This document shows positions 1 through 9,213 of a stretch of DNA of 64,000 bases, in pieces (position 1 is the stretch's first letter; every line of letters begins with the position of its first letter). The notes beneath the pieces are model-generated. The model was not told the origin of the DNA. It did no database searches and saw only the letters and a list, made by a program, of their open reading frames with translations. This DNA is from Candidatus Latescibacterota bacterium (GTDB taxonomy: Bacteria; Latescibacterota; UBA2968; GCA-2709665), in assembly GCA_965208835.1 (NCBI GenBank), contig OZ242358.1, positions 3,648,001 through 3,712,000 of the forward strand. Reading direction: 5' to 3'. The position numbers were made by a program, and so were the translations under genes.

Positions 1-526
1 CAACACTCGAAGACCGGGCGAGCCTGTCGAAAAACCAACCTCTGAAGGTCTTACCATAAAGGGTCCGGCAGTGCCAGATGACCGGAGTGCCGCATACCAT
101 ACCAGCCACCGTGCCCATCAACTTTACCATCATCTGGTTGCAGTAAATCAGTCCTACGTTCTCCCGGGTGACCATGCGAACCAGATCGACCGTAAACCTT
201 ATGCTGTCGACGGCGTTCAGTACCACCGACGCCATCGTGCAGATACGGTTCCGGCCGTGAAACCGCATCTCCGCCAGACGCTCCTTCAACCGGGATTCGA
301 TACGGTATGGGACCCGTATCTCCTCAAGCCTGCTTTTCAACACACCCTCGTTGGGCATGACGACCAGGGGCTCGAGCACGGCCGGATCGAGATGTTTCAA
401 CAGGTAAAAGAGACTGTTCCCGGCCCCTCCACGCCCCGTACAACCTGTCAGAAAAAGCACCTTGATCTTTTTGGCGCCCTTACCCGCGTACAAAACGGGC
501 GACGAAACACCGGCCTCGTCGCCCAT
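1..526 (-). CDS. Glycosyltransferase family 4 protein, N-terminal part (runs off window start)
   Basis: Manual translation of the minus strand from ATG at 526: MGDEAG...KKIKVLFLTGCTGRGGAGNSLFYLLKHLDPAVLEPLVVMPNEG...ENVGLIYCN, a typical GT4 N-terminus (VLFL..GGA...L..L). Not in the ORF track because it is truncated. Confidence 0.7.
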   Translation of the reverse strand, partial: MGDEAGVSSPVLYAGKGAKKIKVLFLTGCTGRGGAGNSLFYLLKHLDPAVLEPLVVMPNEGVLKSRLEEIRVPYRIESRLKERLAEMRFHGRNRICTMASVVLNAVDSIRFTVDLVRMVTRENVGLIYCNQMMVKLMGTVAGMVCGTPVIWHCRTLYGKTFRGWFFDRLARSSSV

Positions 527-546
527 TCCACCGAAACGTTCGGTCA

Positions 547-2178
547 TCAGTTCAGCCGCCTGATAATATGATATCCCAAGGGTGTCTGAACGACCCCGCT
601 GGTCTCGCCCACCCGCAATTTCAGCACCGCTTCCTCAAACGCAGGATTCAGATCTCCAGGCGAAAAAAAACCCAGATCGCCCCCGGTCTCCGCAGAAGTA
701 TCGCTGGAAAATTGGCGCGCAAGTACTCTGAAATCCTCGCCCGCATTGAGTTTATTGAGGATTTCCTGCGCCTCGACTTCGGTTTCCACGAGAATATGGT
801 ACACCCAGAGCTTTCCGGACTGTATCCCCTCGATTTCGTCAATCTTCATCTGTGCGGCGCCTGCAATTTCCTCGTTTGGACTGTATGCGATGGCTTTCTC
901 GAAGGCGCGCCTGGCAAGATCGAACTCCCGCCTCGAAGTTCGGGCAAGGCCAATATTGAAGAGTACGCCGGCGTTCGTGGAATCCACCGCCAATGCCCTG
1001 CTGTAGACCACAAGGGCCGAGTCGAGGTCCTGCTGCCCCGCGTAGATCAGGGCAAGATCTCCGTAGGGCTCCAGAACGTTCGGGTTGGAACCGATCGTTG
1101 CTTCCAGCGCTGACTTTGCCTGCGCGATGTCTCCCTTCTGCAGATAAACCTGCGCGATACCGTACTCAAGACGCGCCCGTTGAGACTCAGGTGCTATCTC
1201 CATAAGTAACCGATACTCGTTTAGCGCGAGGTCCCATTTCCGCTGAACCGTATACAGCCGTGCGAGCGCTGAACGGGTATCCAGATCGCGTGGCTCCAAC
1301 TGAGACACCTTCTCCCACGCTTTCCGCGCTGTGTCCAGAGAGTCCACCTCGGCCGCCATCTGACCCATTGAACGATGCACCTCGGGATCGTCCGGCGCTA
1401 ACGAAACAGCCTGCCGGTATGCGGCGAAGGCTTTCCCTGTCCGGCGCATCGAGTGGTAGATTGCGCCCTTGTTGACCAGCAGGGAAACGTCGTTCGGATT
1501 CTTCTTGAGTTCCTTCTCGAGTACCAATATCGCCCGTTCGTAAAGCTGATTCGCATCCTGTGGCTTACCCAAAGCCCCGTAGATCTGTCCCTGATTGATC
1601 ATCAGAACCACACTTTCAGGGTTGTTCTTCAATCCCTCATCGAAAACCGAAAGCGCTTTATTGGGGTCCTTTAGCGCGACGTGCAAACCCGCCAGGGACT
1701 GGTAGGCTTCGATATTGCGGGGTTCCAGAGAAATCGCGGCCCTGAGGTCCTGTACCGCCAGCCCGGGATTGCCGGCCTCCTGATAGAGTATTGCCCTGTC
1801 CATCAGCAGGAGTACGGAATTCGGAATCTGCGCCAATCCCCGGTTCAATACGTCCAGTGCCTCGCGACCTCTGTTGAGTTGCGCATGGATCCTGAATAGC
1901 GCGTCGTAGGGCGCTTCAAGATTCGGCCCCAACCCGATGGCCGTCTCAAAGGCCTCGATTGCGCCTTCCGGCTGTCCCAACTGCGCATACACCATGCCGA
2001 GGACGCCGTGAGCGTTCGCGCTGTCCGGAAACGTCTTGGCGAACAGACGGGCCGTAACCAGCGCGGAATCGGCTCTTCCGTGAGCGCCATGGGCGCTGAT
2101 CTCCGCCAGGAAGTCCCTGGCACTTGCGCCCTCATTCCAAAGAACCAGGCAAAAACCGACAACAATCGACCGTTTCAA
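547..2178 (-). CDS. TPR-repeat protein with C-terminal parvulin (PpiC-type) peptidyl-prolyl isomerase domain
   Basis: About 10 TPR-like repeats; C-terminal HILV...GEDF..LARQFSSD.SAETGGDLGFF...FEEAV..L.VGETSGVVQTPLGYHII. Start set at TTG 2178 (GGAGG upstream, signal-like N-terminus); the ORF track extends to 2268. Confidence 0.85.
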   Translation of the reverse strand: MKRSIVVGFCLVLWNEGASARDFLAEISAHGAHGRADSALVTARLFAKTFPDSANAHGVLGMVYAQLGQPEGAIEAFETAIGLGPNLEAPYDALFRIHAQLNRGREALDVLNRGLAQIPNSVLLLMDRAILYQEAGNPGLAVQDLRAAISLEPRNIEAYQSLAGLHVALKDPNKALSVFDEGLKNNPESVVLMINQGQIYGALGKPQDANQLYERAILVLEKELKKNPNDVSLLVNKGAIYHSMRRTGKAFAAYRQAVSLAPDDPEVHRSMGQMAAEVDSLDTARKAWEKVSQLEPRDLDTRSALARLYTVQRKWDLALNEYRLLMEIAPESQRARLEYGIAQVYLQKGDIAQAKSALEATIGSNPNVLEPYGDLALIYAGQQDLDSALVVYSRALAVDSTNAGVLFNIGLARTSRREFDLARRAFEKAIAYSPNEEIAGAAQMKIDEIEGIQSGKLWVYHILVETEVEAQEILNKLNAGEDFRVLARQFSSDTSAETGGDLGFFSPGDLNPAFEEAVLKLRVGETSGVVQTPLGYHIIRRLN

Positions 2179-2261
2179 CCGACCGCCTCCATTTGTAAGA
2201 TTATTTCGATTACCTACCCGATGTTCACAATCCGCCCCGGATCCGTTCGGCCGCGAATATC

Positions 2262-2290
2262 TTGACATGCTCCTGGATTCCCTTTATTAT
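2262..2290 (+). promoter_or_regulatory. Putative sigma70 promoter
   Basis: TTGACA-N17-TATTAT upstream of the CDS at 2428. Confidence 0.5.
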
Positions 2291-2427
2291 GCCGAGGTTT
2301 TCTATTTGCCAGACGCGGGGCGACGGGCTGTTTAGGCTACAACAGGGTCCAGGCCTCCAACGGCGACTTCCGGCCGGATTCTTCGGCCCGCGACGATCAC
2401 GCCCCTGTACCCCCGGTCCTCCCAATC

Positions 2428-3051
2428 ATGAACGTTCTTCAACGGGATCCCATTGCCAGCATCCTGTTCGCGCTTCTGGCGAGCTATCTGGCATTCGACC
2501 ATCTTCCGGAACGGATACCGGTACACTGGAACGCGTTCGGACGCATTGACGCTGAGTTGCACAAACGAGTCGGCGTCTTTCTGCATCCCGGCGCAATGGC
2601 CCTCGTCTATATCTTCTTTCGTCTGATCCCTTATGTTGACAGAAACCGCGTGCGCCAATTGAAGGACATCGGCCTGTACGATCCGTTCCGAAACGGCGCG
2701 GTCCTCCTGTTCGGATACAGTCATCTTCTGTTGCTGGGCATCGGCCTCGGGTGGGTAGACCGCGAGGCGAACCTCTTTGCCGGCCTGCTTTCACTCGCCG
2801 CCATCCTCATTGGATACCACCTCAAGAGCCTGCGCCCCGCGCGGTTCGATCGTCTCCTAAAGAGGGTCGGCGTCTCCAGCGTTCCACCCGCGCCGGCTTA
2901 CGTCTGTAACGTCCTGATCCTGGCCGGGGCGTTCGGGCAGGCAGGCACGGCGACGGGCACGGTGCAACTGGCGTGGTTTGTTGTACCGCTGGGCGTCGGC
3001 TACGTCTTCGTACGCCGGCGTTTCCGCTCCGATCGGACGCCGGCGCCGTGA
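2428..3051 (+). CDS. DUF1648/SdpI-like membrane protein
   Basis: LPERIPVHWNAFGRID motif followed by several TM helices. Confidence 0.7.
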   Translation: MNVLQRDPIASILFALLASYLAFDHLPERIPVHWNAFGRIDAELHKRVGVFLHPGAMALVYIFFRLIPYVDRNRVRQLKDIGLYDPFRNGAVLLFGYSHLLLLGIGLGWVDREANLFAGLLSLAAILIGYHLKSLRPARFDRLLKRVGVSSVPPAPAYVCNVLILAGAFGQAGTATGTVQLAWFVVPLGVGYVFVRRRFRSDRTPAP

Positions 3052-3935
3052 CCGTGCTTAACGAACGCCTGACCCTTCAGGCCAGCAGCCTCGCCCTGCT
3101 TACCGCCATCCTGTGGGGCGGCAACTCCATCGCTATAAAAATCGCTCTGGACGGCCTGCCTCCGCTGGCGTTGGCGGCCGCCCGTTTTCTTCTGGGCGGG
3201 CTGGCTTTAATCCCCTGGGCGTTCTTCTCCGGCGTCCAGCTCCGGCCCGGTTCAGGCGAAAGACGAGGTCTGTTTCAGCTGGTTCTGCTCTTTGTCGCGC
3301 AAATCTACCTGCTCAACGCCGGCACGAATTTCACGACGGCCGGTCGGTCGACTGTCTTTATATCGACGTACCCGTTTTTTACCGCCGTCTTCGCACACCT
3401 GTTCATGCCTGGAGACCGGCTTAGCGGCCTCAAGATTGCAGGAATGACCCTCTCTTTCGCGGGTGTCGTACTCGTGTTTGTCGAAAGTCTCATCAGTGGA
3501 CGCCTCGGCTATCTGCCAGGAGACGTGATGGTTCTTACGAGCGGACTGTTGCTTGGAGCCAGGCAGGTCTATACCAAGAAGCTGACCCAATACATCCATC
3601 CCGCCCGTCTTCTGTTGTGGCAGGCCGCGCTCAGCCTGCCGATGTTCATTCTGCTGAGCGCCCTGCTGGAGGACCTGAAAACCACCGTCATCAGTCCGGT
3701 CGTCGCCGGTGCGATCTTCTACCAAGGTCTCGTGGTTGCCGGGTTCTGTTTTCTGGTATCCGTAACGCTCCTCAGACGCTACAGAGCCAGTCGCCTCGGG
3801 GCGTTTGGATTCGTTACGCCCGTCGTGGGCGTTGTGTTCAGCAACCTGATGCTGGGTGAGGTGATCTCGGCGACACTTCTCATCAGCGTGCTGATGGTCG
3901 GGATCGGCATCGCCATCGTCAATACGGAGACCTGA
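3048..3935 (+). CDS. DMT/EamA family transporter
   Basis: LWGGNSIAIK...LAAARF and TPVVGVVFSNLMLGE motifs, about 10 TM helices; GTG start overlaps the upstream TGA. Confidence 0.85.
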   Translation: MTVLNERLTLQASSLALLTAILWGGNSIAIKIALDGLPPLALAAARFLLGGLALIPWAFFSGVQLRPGSGERRGLFQLVLLFVAQIYLLNAGTNFTTAGRSTVFISTYPFFTAVFAHLFMPGDRLSGLKIAGMTLSFAGVVLVFVESLISGRLGYLPGDVMVLTSGLLLGARQVYTKKLTQYIHPARLLLWQAALSLPMFILLSALLEDLKTTVISPVVAGAIFYQGLVVAGFCFLVSVTLLRRYRASRLGAFGFVTPVVGVVFSNLMLGEVISATLLISVLMVGIGIAIVNTET

Positions 3936-4000
3936 AGCCAGTCAGAAGTCGAAAGAACCAGACCTTCCACGAATCGCAAGCCCAATGGCGTTTCAACCGC

Positions 4001-5344
4001 CTACGTCGCACCTACCATGACGAACGCCACGTCCGCGACGTTGGTTCCCGTCGGACCGGTCATTACGAGGTCACCTAACGGCTTGAAGAAGTGGTACGAG
4101 TCGTTGTTTTTTAACGATTCGATCGCAGAAAGACCTGCTGATTCCGCGCGCTTGGTCGTTTCGGCATCCGCAATCGCCCCGGCCGCGTCCGTCGGGCCGT
4201 CGGTTCCATCCGTCCCGCCGCTGAACAGCACCGTCCCCTCCCATCCTGACAGATGCATTGCGCCCGCGAGCACCAGTTCCTGGTTTCGCCCTCCCTTGCC
4301 GCTGCCCCGAACGGTTACGGTCGTCTCGCCACCCGCAATCACGCATGCAGGAGCCGCTACAGGCACACCCGACGTTAGAATCTCCTTGCCGATTGCCGAA
4401 TAGACGTTTGCGACCTCTCGGGCCTCACCCTCCAGGCGTGTGGACAAAACAAGCGTATTATAACCCAGATCCCGGGCACAATCGGCGGCAGCGGCCACCG
4501 CCAGACCGTTGCTGCCGACGATAACGTTGTGGCACCTCTCCAGCACGGCGTCTCCCGGTTTTGGCGTTTCGGGAATCTCTCCGGCCGCACCAGCTCCGAA
4601 TCGCGTCCGAACCGCTTCCGGGAGACGACTCGAAACCTCGTACTTTTGAAAAATCTCAATGCAGGTCTTGAACGTGGATGTGTCGGGAACCGTTGGTCCC
4701 GAAGCGATCACGTCCATCGGATCACCGATGACGTCCGACAACATGAGGGACACGACCGTGGCCGGAAACGCCGTCCGGGCGAGACCCCCTCCCTTCACGC
4801 GGGACAGATGTTTGCGGACCGCATTCAGCTCCACGATATTGGCGCCGCACTCGAGCAGCAGCCGGGTTGTGTCCTGTTTCTCCTGCAGCGTAATGCCCTC
4901 GGATGGCGCGGGCATCAGCGCCGATCCACCGCCGGAAATCAGGCATATCACGAGCGTCCGGTCGTCAGCCCTCTCGAGGGCGGCCAGGATTTCCCGCGTA
5001 CCCTCGACACCCGCCTCATCGGGAACCGGATGACCGCACTCCACGGTCCGTATTCGGCGAAGGGGCTCCGCATGCGCGTACTTGGTATTGATGACTCCGT
5101 CTGAAATCCGGTCGCCCAATTCTTCTTCGAGCGCAACACCCATCCGGGGCGATGCCTTGCCGGTCCCAACCACCAGCACCCGTTCAAAAGATTCCAGATT
5201 GTAGTCCACGCCCCCGATCCGAAGCGTCCGTCCCTGCAATCTCACGAAACGCTTCACGCATTCCTGCGCGTCCACGGCCGCCACGGCCGATCCAAAGATC
5301 GACGCCGCGTCAGCACGCATCCTGGCAACCGTGAACTCCCTCAT
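4001..5344 (-). CDS. Glycerate kinase type 2 (MOFRL/DUF4147 family)
   Basis: GTGKA, GHPVPD, LISGGGSALM, SDVIGD, GGETTV, GGRNQE, GTDGTDG and TGTNVAD motifs; GAGGAG RBS before ATG 5344. Confidence 0.9.
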   Translation of the reverse strand: MREFTVARMRADAASIFGSAVAAVDAQECVKRFVRLQGRTLRIGGVDYNLESFERVLVVGTGKASPRMGVALEEELGDRISDGVINTKYAHAEPLRRIRTVECGHPVPDEAGVEGTREILAALERADDRTLVICLISGGGSALMPAPSEGITLQEKQDTTRLLLECGANIVELNAVRKHLSRVKGGGLARTAFPATVVSLMLSDVIGDPMDVIASGPTVPDTSTFKTCIEIFQKYEVSSRLPEAVRTRFGAGAAGEIPETPKPGDAVLERCHNVIVGSNGLAVAAAADCARDLGYNTLVLSTRLEGEAREVANVYSAIGKEILTSGVPVAAPACVIAGGETTVTVRGSGKGGRNQELVLAGAMHLSGWEGTVLFSGGTDGTDGPTDAAGAIADAETTKRAESAGLSAIESLKNNDSYHFFKPLGDLVMTGPTGTNVADVAFVMVGAT

Positions 5345-5412
5345 ATCCGTTGCTCCTCGAATCCGCAAGCCGGTCTGTTCCGTGGCCGCGGCTTACAAAC
5401 CGGAACCGGAAG

Positions 5413-7689
5413 CTACTGTCGTATATCGAAACTGATGGCCGTGCGGCCCGTCTGGCCGCTGTTTTCGTCAGTAACCATAATTGTCAACAGTTGCCGTCCC
5501 GGTACGGTGGCACCCATGTCCAGCTCGAGGTGGGCCCTTTCATCCGGACTGGTGCCGACATGATCGTATTCGATGCTGATGACGTTGCCGTCCTCACGTT
5601 TCCCGATCAACCGCCCCAGGCCGCCCAATATCCGTGCACCCACGTTTGTCCTGCGCAAGGACCGTATCTGGTACGATATGCGATATCGCGTTGCCCCGAA
5701 TTCGTCTCGAGTCAGGTTGTAAATCTCATAATAAATGAACACCGGCTCGCCGGGCCGGTACGCCCTGGACGCCATAGGGATCACTTCGATATCGCCCTTT
5801 ACGAAGCGTCCCCGATCGGCCACGTCGATTCGCGCGCCCATTTCCACGTCGCTCAGTGAAAGCGGCGCCGCCGGATACGCCTTCAAGATGCGATCTTCCC
5901 TGTATATCTGAGTCCTGCCTGAATTACGGTCCATCACCTGCACGTCCACACGGTAAGTCCCCGGCGGCAACAGCAAGCGATCTATCTCCGGAATAAATGC
6001 CCCGGCAGAGGTATCCACCACGCCCGACGCCCGCAGGACCATTTCGTCGTCGGTTCGATGCACGAGCCTGTTGTCGCCGTCGTAGACCGCGACGCCCCTG
6101 ACCAGGTTCGCGAGCCGTCCGAGGCGCCCGTCGCGATACGCCAGATCCCGGGTTGGAATCCCGTAATAGACCTCCATCGCCGTCAGGTCATCCTCACCTC
6201 TAAACGAGGCCGTATAGAAGTAGAAATCCAGCGGTCCCGTAGCAAATGTAGGACGATAGGCGGCCGGCTGCCGGGCCACCTGATTGAGCATCACGGTCTT
6301 GGGGTTCATTCTCTGCCAGATTCTCGTGATCCGACCGGTGCCCACGGGCATTCTCGCGAACTCGTACGGCCCGGGATAATTCGGCTGCACGAAGGTCATT
6401 TCGATACCCGGCCCGACGTTCACATAAATCCAGTACTCCCATATTCCGCTTACAGGATACACCGGCCTGCCCAGAATGGAAGACTGGGCGACCTGTCCCA
6501 GCGATCGTACCTCTTCCTTGAGGAGCTTCGCGCCGGCAGCTCCCGCTGACGCCAACAAACGATCCTTGACCGTGAGCACCCTCGGGTCCGTCTCGAACCG
6601 GACGTCTCCGGAACGGCTGACATGATCCGGTTCCCCGAAACGCACGTAAACTTCCCCGCGATCATCCCACGGGAACTTGTGCTCTCCATGATTTTCCCTT
6701 GCCACGGCCACGCGGCGATAGTGCTCCACCAACCTCTCATTCGCAGCCGATGCGGGCGCGGGGTCCTGCCAAACCCAGAATTCCTCCGCCGCTTGCTTCA
6801 ACTCGTCCAGAGTCTCGGCGCCGGAATCGTCCGCAGTATTGGAAACCAGGCTCAAATCGTAGTAGAGCCGCTGTTCCTCCGGCTCCAGACGGTCGATGTA
6901 GGCGTCGAACAACGCCTGCGACCGATCGTAATCCCGTCGCCTCTGGTGGATATCCGCAAGTTCCAGCACCGCACGCCGCTGGTGCTGGTTCGGGTTCTGG
7001 GCGACCGGTCTGAGTTCAGCTATCGCCTGATCGGTGCGGTCCTGCAGTTTCAGGACAACTCCATACCGTAACCGGGCCTCGTAGTGGTTTGGATTTACCG
7101 AAATCTGACTCAGATAGGCCCTTTCGGCCTTCCCGTACTCGCCCTTCGCTTCTTCAATTACGCCAATCTGGAACAGCGCGTCCGGGTGGCCGGGCTCCAT
7201 TTTGACCACCTTGCGGTAGGCTCCGAGCGTTTCGCTGCTACCGAACCGCCGGTACGTCTCTGCCAGATTGTACTGCGCTTCAACATAGGCTTTATCCGCC
7301 CGCAGCGCGTTCCGGAACGCGTCGATCGCCTGACGAAGCGCTTTCGGGCGGCGTCCGTAGACGAGGCCCAGCCCGTTGAAGGCGGGCGCATACCGTTTTT
7401 TCTTGCGAAGCGCCTGCCGGAACATTTCTTGCGCGGCATCCAGGTCGCCACGTTCGAGATGAATGTGCCCGAGGCCCACGTAGGAAGGCGCGTGTTTGTC
7501 GTAAGCGTCGATGGCGGACTGAAACAACTCAACCGCCTGCCCGAGTGCCCCAGCCGCCACCTGCGCAACCGCCTGGTTGTAAAGCGCCTCGGCACGGGCC
7601 AGGGCTTCATTGTCTTTGGCCTGCACCTGCATAGCACCGGCAAGCGCAATCAATGCGCATACCGCAAGCGGCCATCGATGTCGTCTCAT
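5413..7689 (-). CDS. Secreted TPR + GWxTD-domain protein
   Basis: Signal peptide (MRRHRWPLAVCALIALAGAMQVQA), TPR array, then FW..QDP.P...NE...EHYRRV.....PWDDRGEVYVRFGEPD, a GWxTD-family core. Confidence 0.75.
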   Translation of the reverse strand: MRRHRWPLAVCALIALAGAMQVQAKDNEALARAEALYNQAVAQVAAGALGQAVELFQSAIDAYDKHAPSYVGLGHIHLERGDLDAAQEMFRQALRKKKRYAPAFNGLGLVYGRRPKALRQAIDAFRNALRADKAYVEAQYNLAETYRRFGSSETLGAYRKVVKMEPGHPDALFQIGVIEEAKGEYGKAERAYLSQISVNPNHYEARLRYGVVLKLQDRTDQAIAELRPVAQNPNQHQRRAVLELADIHQRRRDYDRSQALFDAYIDRLEPEEQRLYYDLSLVSNTADDSGAETLDELKQAAEEFWVWQDPAPASAANERLVEHYRRVAVARENHGEHKFPWDDRGEVYVRFGEPDHVSRSGDVRFETDPRVLTVKDRLLASAGAAGAKLLKEEVRSLGQVAQSSILGRPVYPVSGIWEYWIYVNVGPGIEMTFVQPNYPGPYEFARMPVGTGRITRIWQRMNPKTVMLNQVARQPAAYRPTFATGPLDFYFYTASFRGEDDLTAMEVYYGIPTRDLAYRDGRLGRLANLVRGVAVYDGDNRLVHRTDDEMVLRASGVVDTSAGAFIPEIDRLLLPPGTYRVDVQVMDRNSGRTQIYREDRILKAYPAAPLSLSDVEMGARIDVADRGRFVKGDIEVIPMASRAYRPGEPVFIYYEIYNLTRDEFGATRYRISYQIRSLRRTNVGARILGGLGRLIGKREDGNVISIEYDHVGTSPDERAHLELDMGATVPGRQLLTIMVTDENSGQTGRTAISFDIRQ

Positions 7690-8057
7690 TACCCGCCTCC
7701 AGGGGGTGATGACACGGGCGCTGGAGATTTGTTTACATTCCCATCCCGGGAGTTTTGCGATCATACGCGCGCAACCGAACGCCGGGCTCGCCGGCCGACA
7801 ATAGGCGTTGTCGTACGGTTTGTGTTTCATGCCTTGCGGCCGACGCCACACAACGCCGCCACCGCGGGCTAATGATACAAAAAACCCCTGAAAAACACAA
7901 GTTCGGCCGGACGAAAGATCACATTGGGGCGCCCTGCTCAATGCGTTCGAACGGGGTCCGATAATCCCATATCCAACACGAAGCGCAGTGGTTTGACCCG
8001 TCAATGAACGCGATTCGCAGCCGAAGCGTCAGGCCTCGCGAGACCGCTGGCCGCGGG

Positions 8058-8987
8058 TTACTCCAGTACGTCACGGCCTTCTCCTTCCGGTATGCGGAGC
8101 CCGATCGTTTCCAGATGCATTTCCAGGAACCTCAAAAACGCCTCGGCCGCCCGTGAGAGGCGTCCCACTTCACGACACACCATTCCCACCTGGCGCACCG
8201 GAAGCCCCGTCACTCGAATCGCTGTCAACCTGCCCGATCTCACCTCGTCCCGAACCGCGACTTCCGGCACGACCGCTATTCCGAAGCCGATTTCAACGAA
8301 GCGCTTGATCACTTCAATGCTGCCGAGTTCCATGATGACGTGCGGCTGAAGTCCCGCCGCCGCGAACATCCGGTCCATCAGTCCTCTGCTGGTACTGCCT
8401 CTCTCGAGCATCAACATCGCGCTGTCGCTCAGCGAATGCAGATCGACGGCTTTCGCGGATGCCAGGCGATGCGTCGGACTGGAAATGGCGACGTCTTCTC
8501 TGATGAAAAACGGCCGTGTCCGCACCCTGGGTTCCGTTACCGGAAGCGTGGCCAGTCCGAAATCCACCGCCCCCTCCAGAACCAGTCGCACCACCTCCGG
8601 GGACATCCGGTCGGTCAGCCGGATTTCGATTCCGGGGTACGCCTGACGGAAGGCCTTTACCGCGGGAGGAAGGACGTAGGCACAATTCGTATCGCTGGTT
8701 CCGATACTCAGTCTCCCAGTACGCAACTGTCCGAGGGCGGCCATGTCCTGCCGAATCTGTTCGGCCATCTCCAGAATGGCCTCGGCTCGCGCGAGCAGCA
8801 GTCGGCCTGCTTCGGTCAAAAGAATCTGCTTTCCGCGCCGCTCGAACAGGTCTTCCCCGAGTTCGTCTTCAAGCGCCTTTACCTGAAGACTCACCGCCGG
8901 CTGTGTCAAGAACAGTTTTTCTGCTGCACGCGTAAAGCTCTTTTCGCGCGCGGTTTCGACAAACCCTCTAAGCCGATCCAGATCCAT
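8058..8987 (-). CDS. LysR family transcriptional regulator
   Basis: SFTRAAEKLFLTQPAVSLQVKALEDELG HTH followed by a LysR substrate-binding domain. Confidence 0.95.
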   Translation of the reverse strand: MDLDRLRGFVETAREKSFTRAAEKLFLTQPAVSLQVKALEDELGEDLFERRGKQILLTEAGRLLLARAEAILEMAEQIRQDMAALGQLRTGRLSIGTSDTNCAYVLPPAVKAFRQAYPGIEIRLTDRMSPEVVRLVLEGAVDFGLATLPVTEPRVRTRPFFIREDVAISSPTHRLASAKAVDLHSLSDSAMLMLERGSTSRGLMDRMFAAAGLQPHVIMELGSIEVIKRFVEIGFGIAVVPEVAVRDEVRSGRLTAIRVTGLPVRQVGMVCREVGRLSRAAEAFLRFLEMHLETIGLRIPEGEGRDVLE

Positions 8988-9071
8988 CTGTCAGTACCCC
9001 ACAGTGCTGCGGAGACAAATCGCAAAAAGCAGGTGGCTTTGCCTTCCCGCCGTGAGACCTTGCAAGTTTGC

Positions 9072-9118
9072 ATAAAAATATAATATAATAAAAATAATAT
9101 TAATAAATTTTTTTTATC
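9072..9118. promoter_or_regulatory. AT-rich LysR-type operator region between divergent lysR and purA
   Basis: Pure A/T tract containing ATAA-N7-TTAT-like (T-N11-A) boxes, e.g. ATAAATTTTTTTTAT. Confidence 0.5.
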
Positions 9119-9213
9119 TCAAGAGATCTGTTATGGTTTACCCGGCCCGCCTATCCATACGGAACGGGTCAATTCAATGATTCCAAGGACCATGCCCGAT
9201 ATGGAGGTGCAAT

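Noticed and set aside
71-571. 166-aa plus-strand ORF
   Set aside because: It is the antisense shadow of the GT4 gene on the minus strand.
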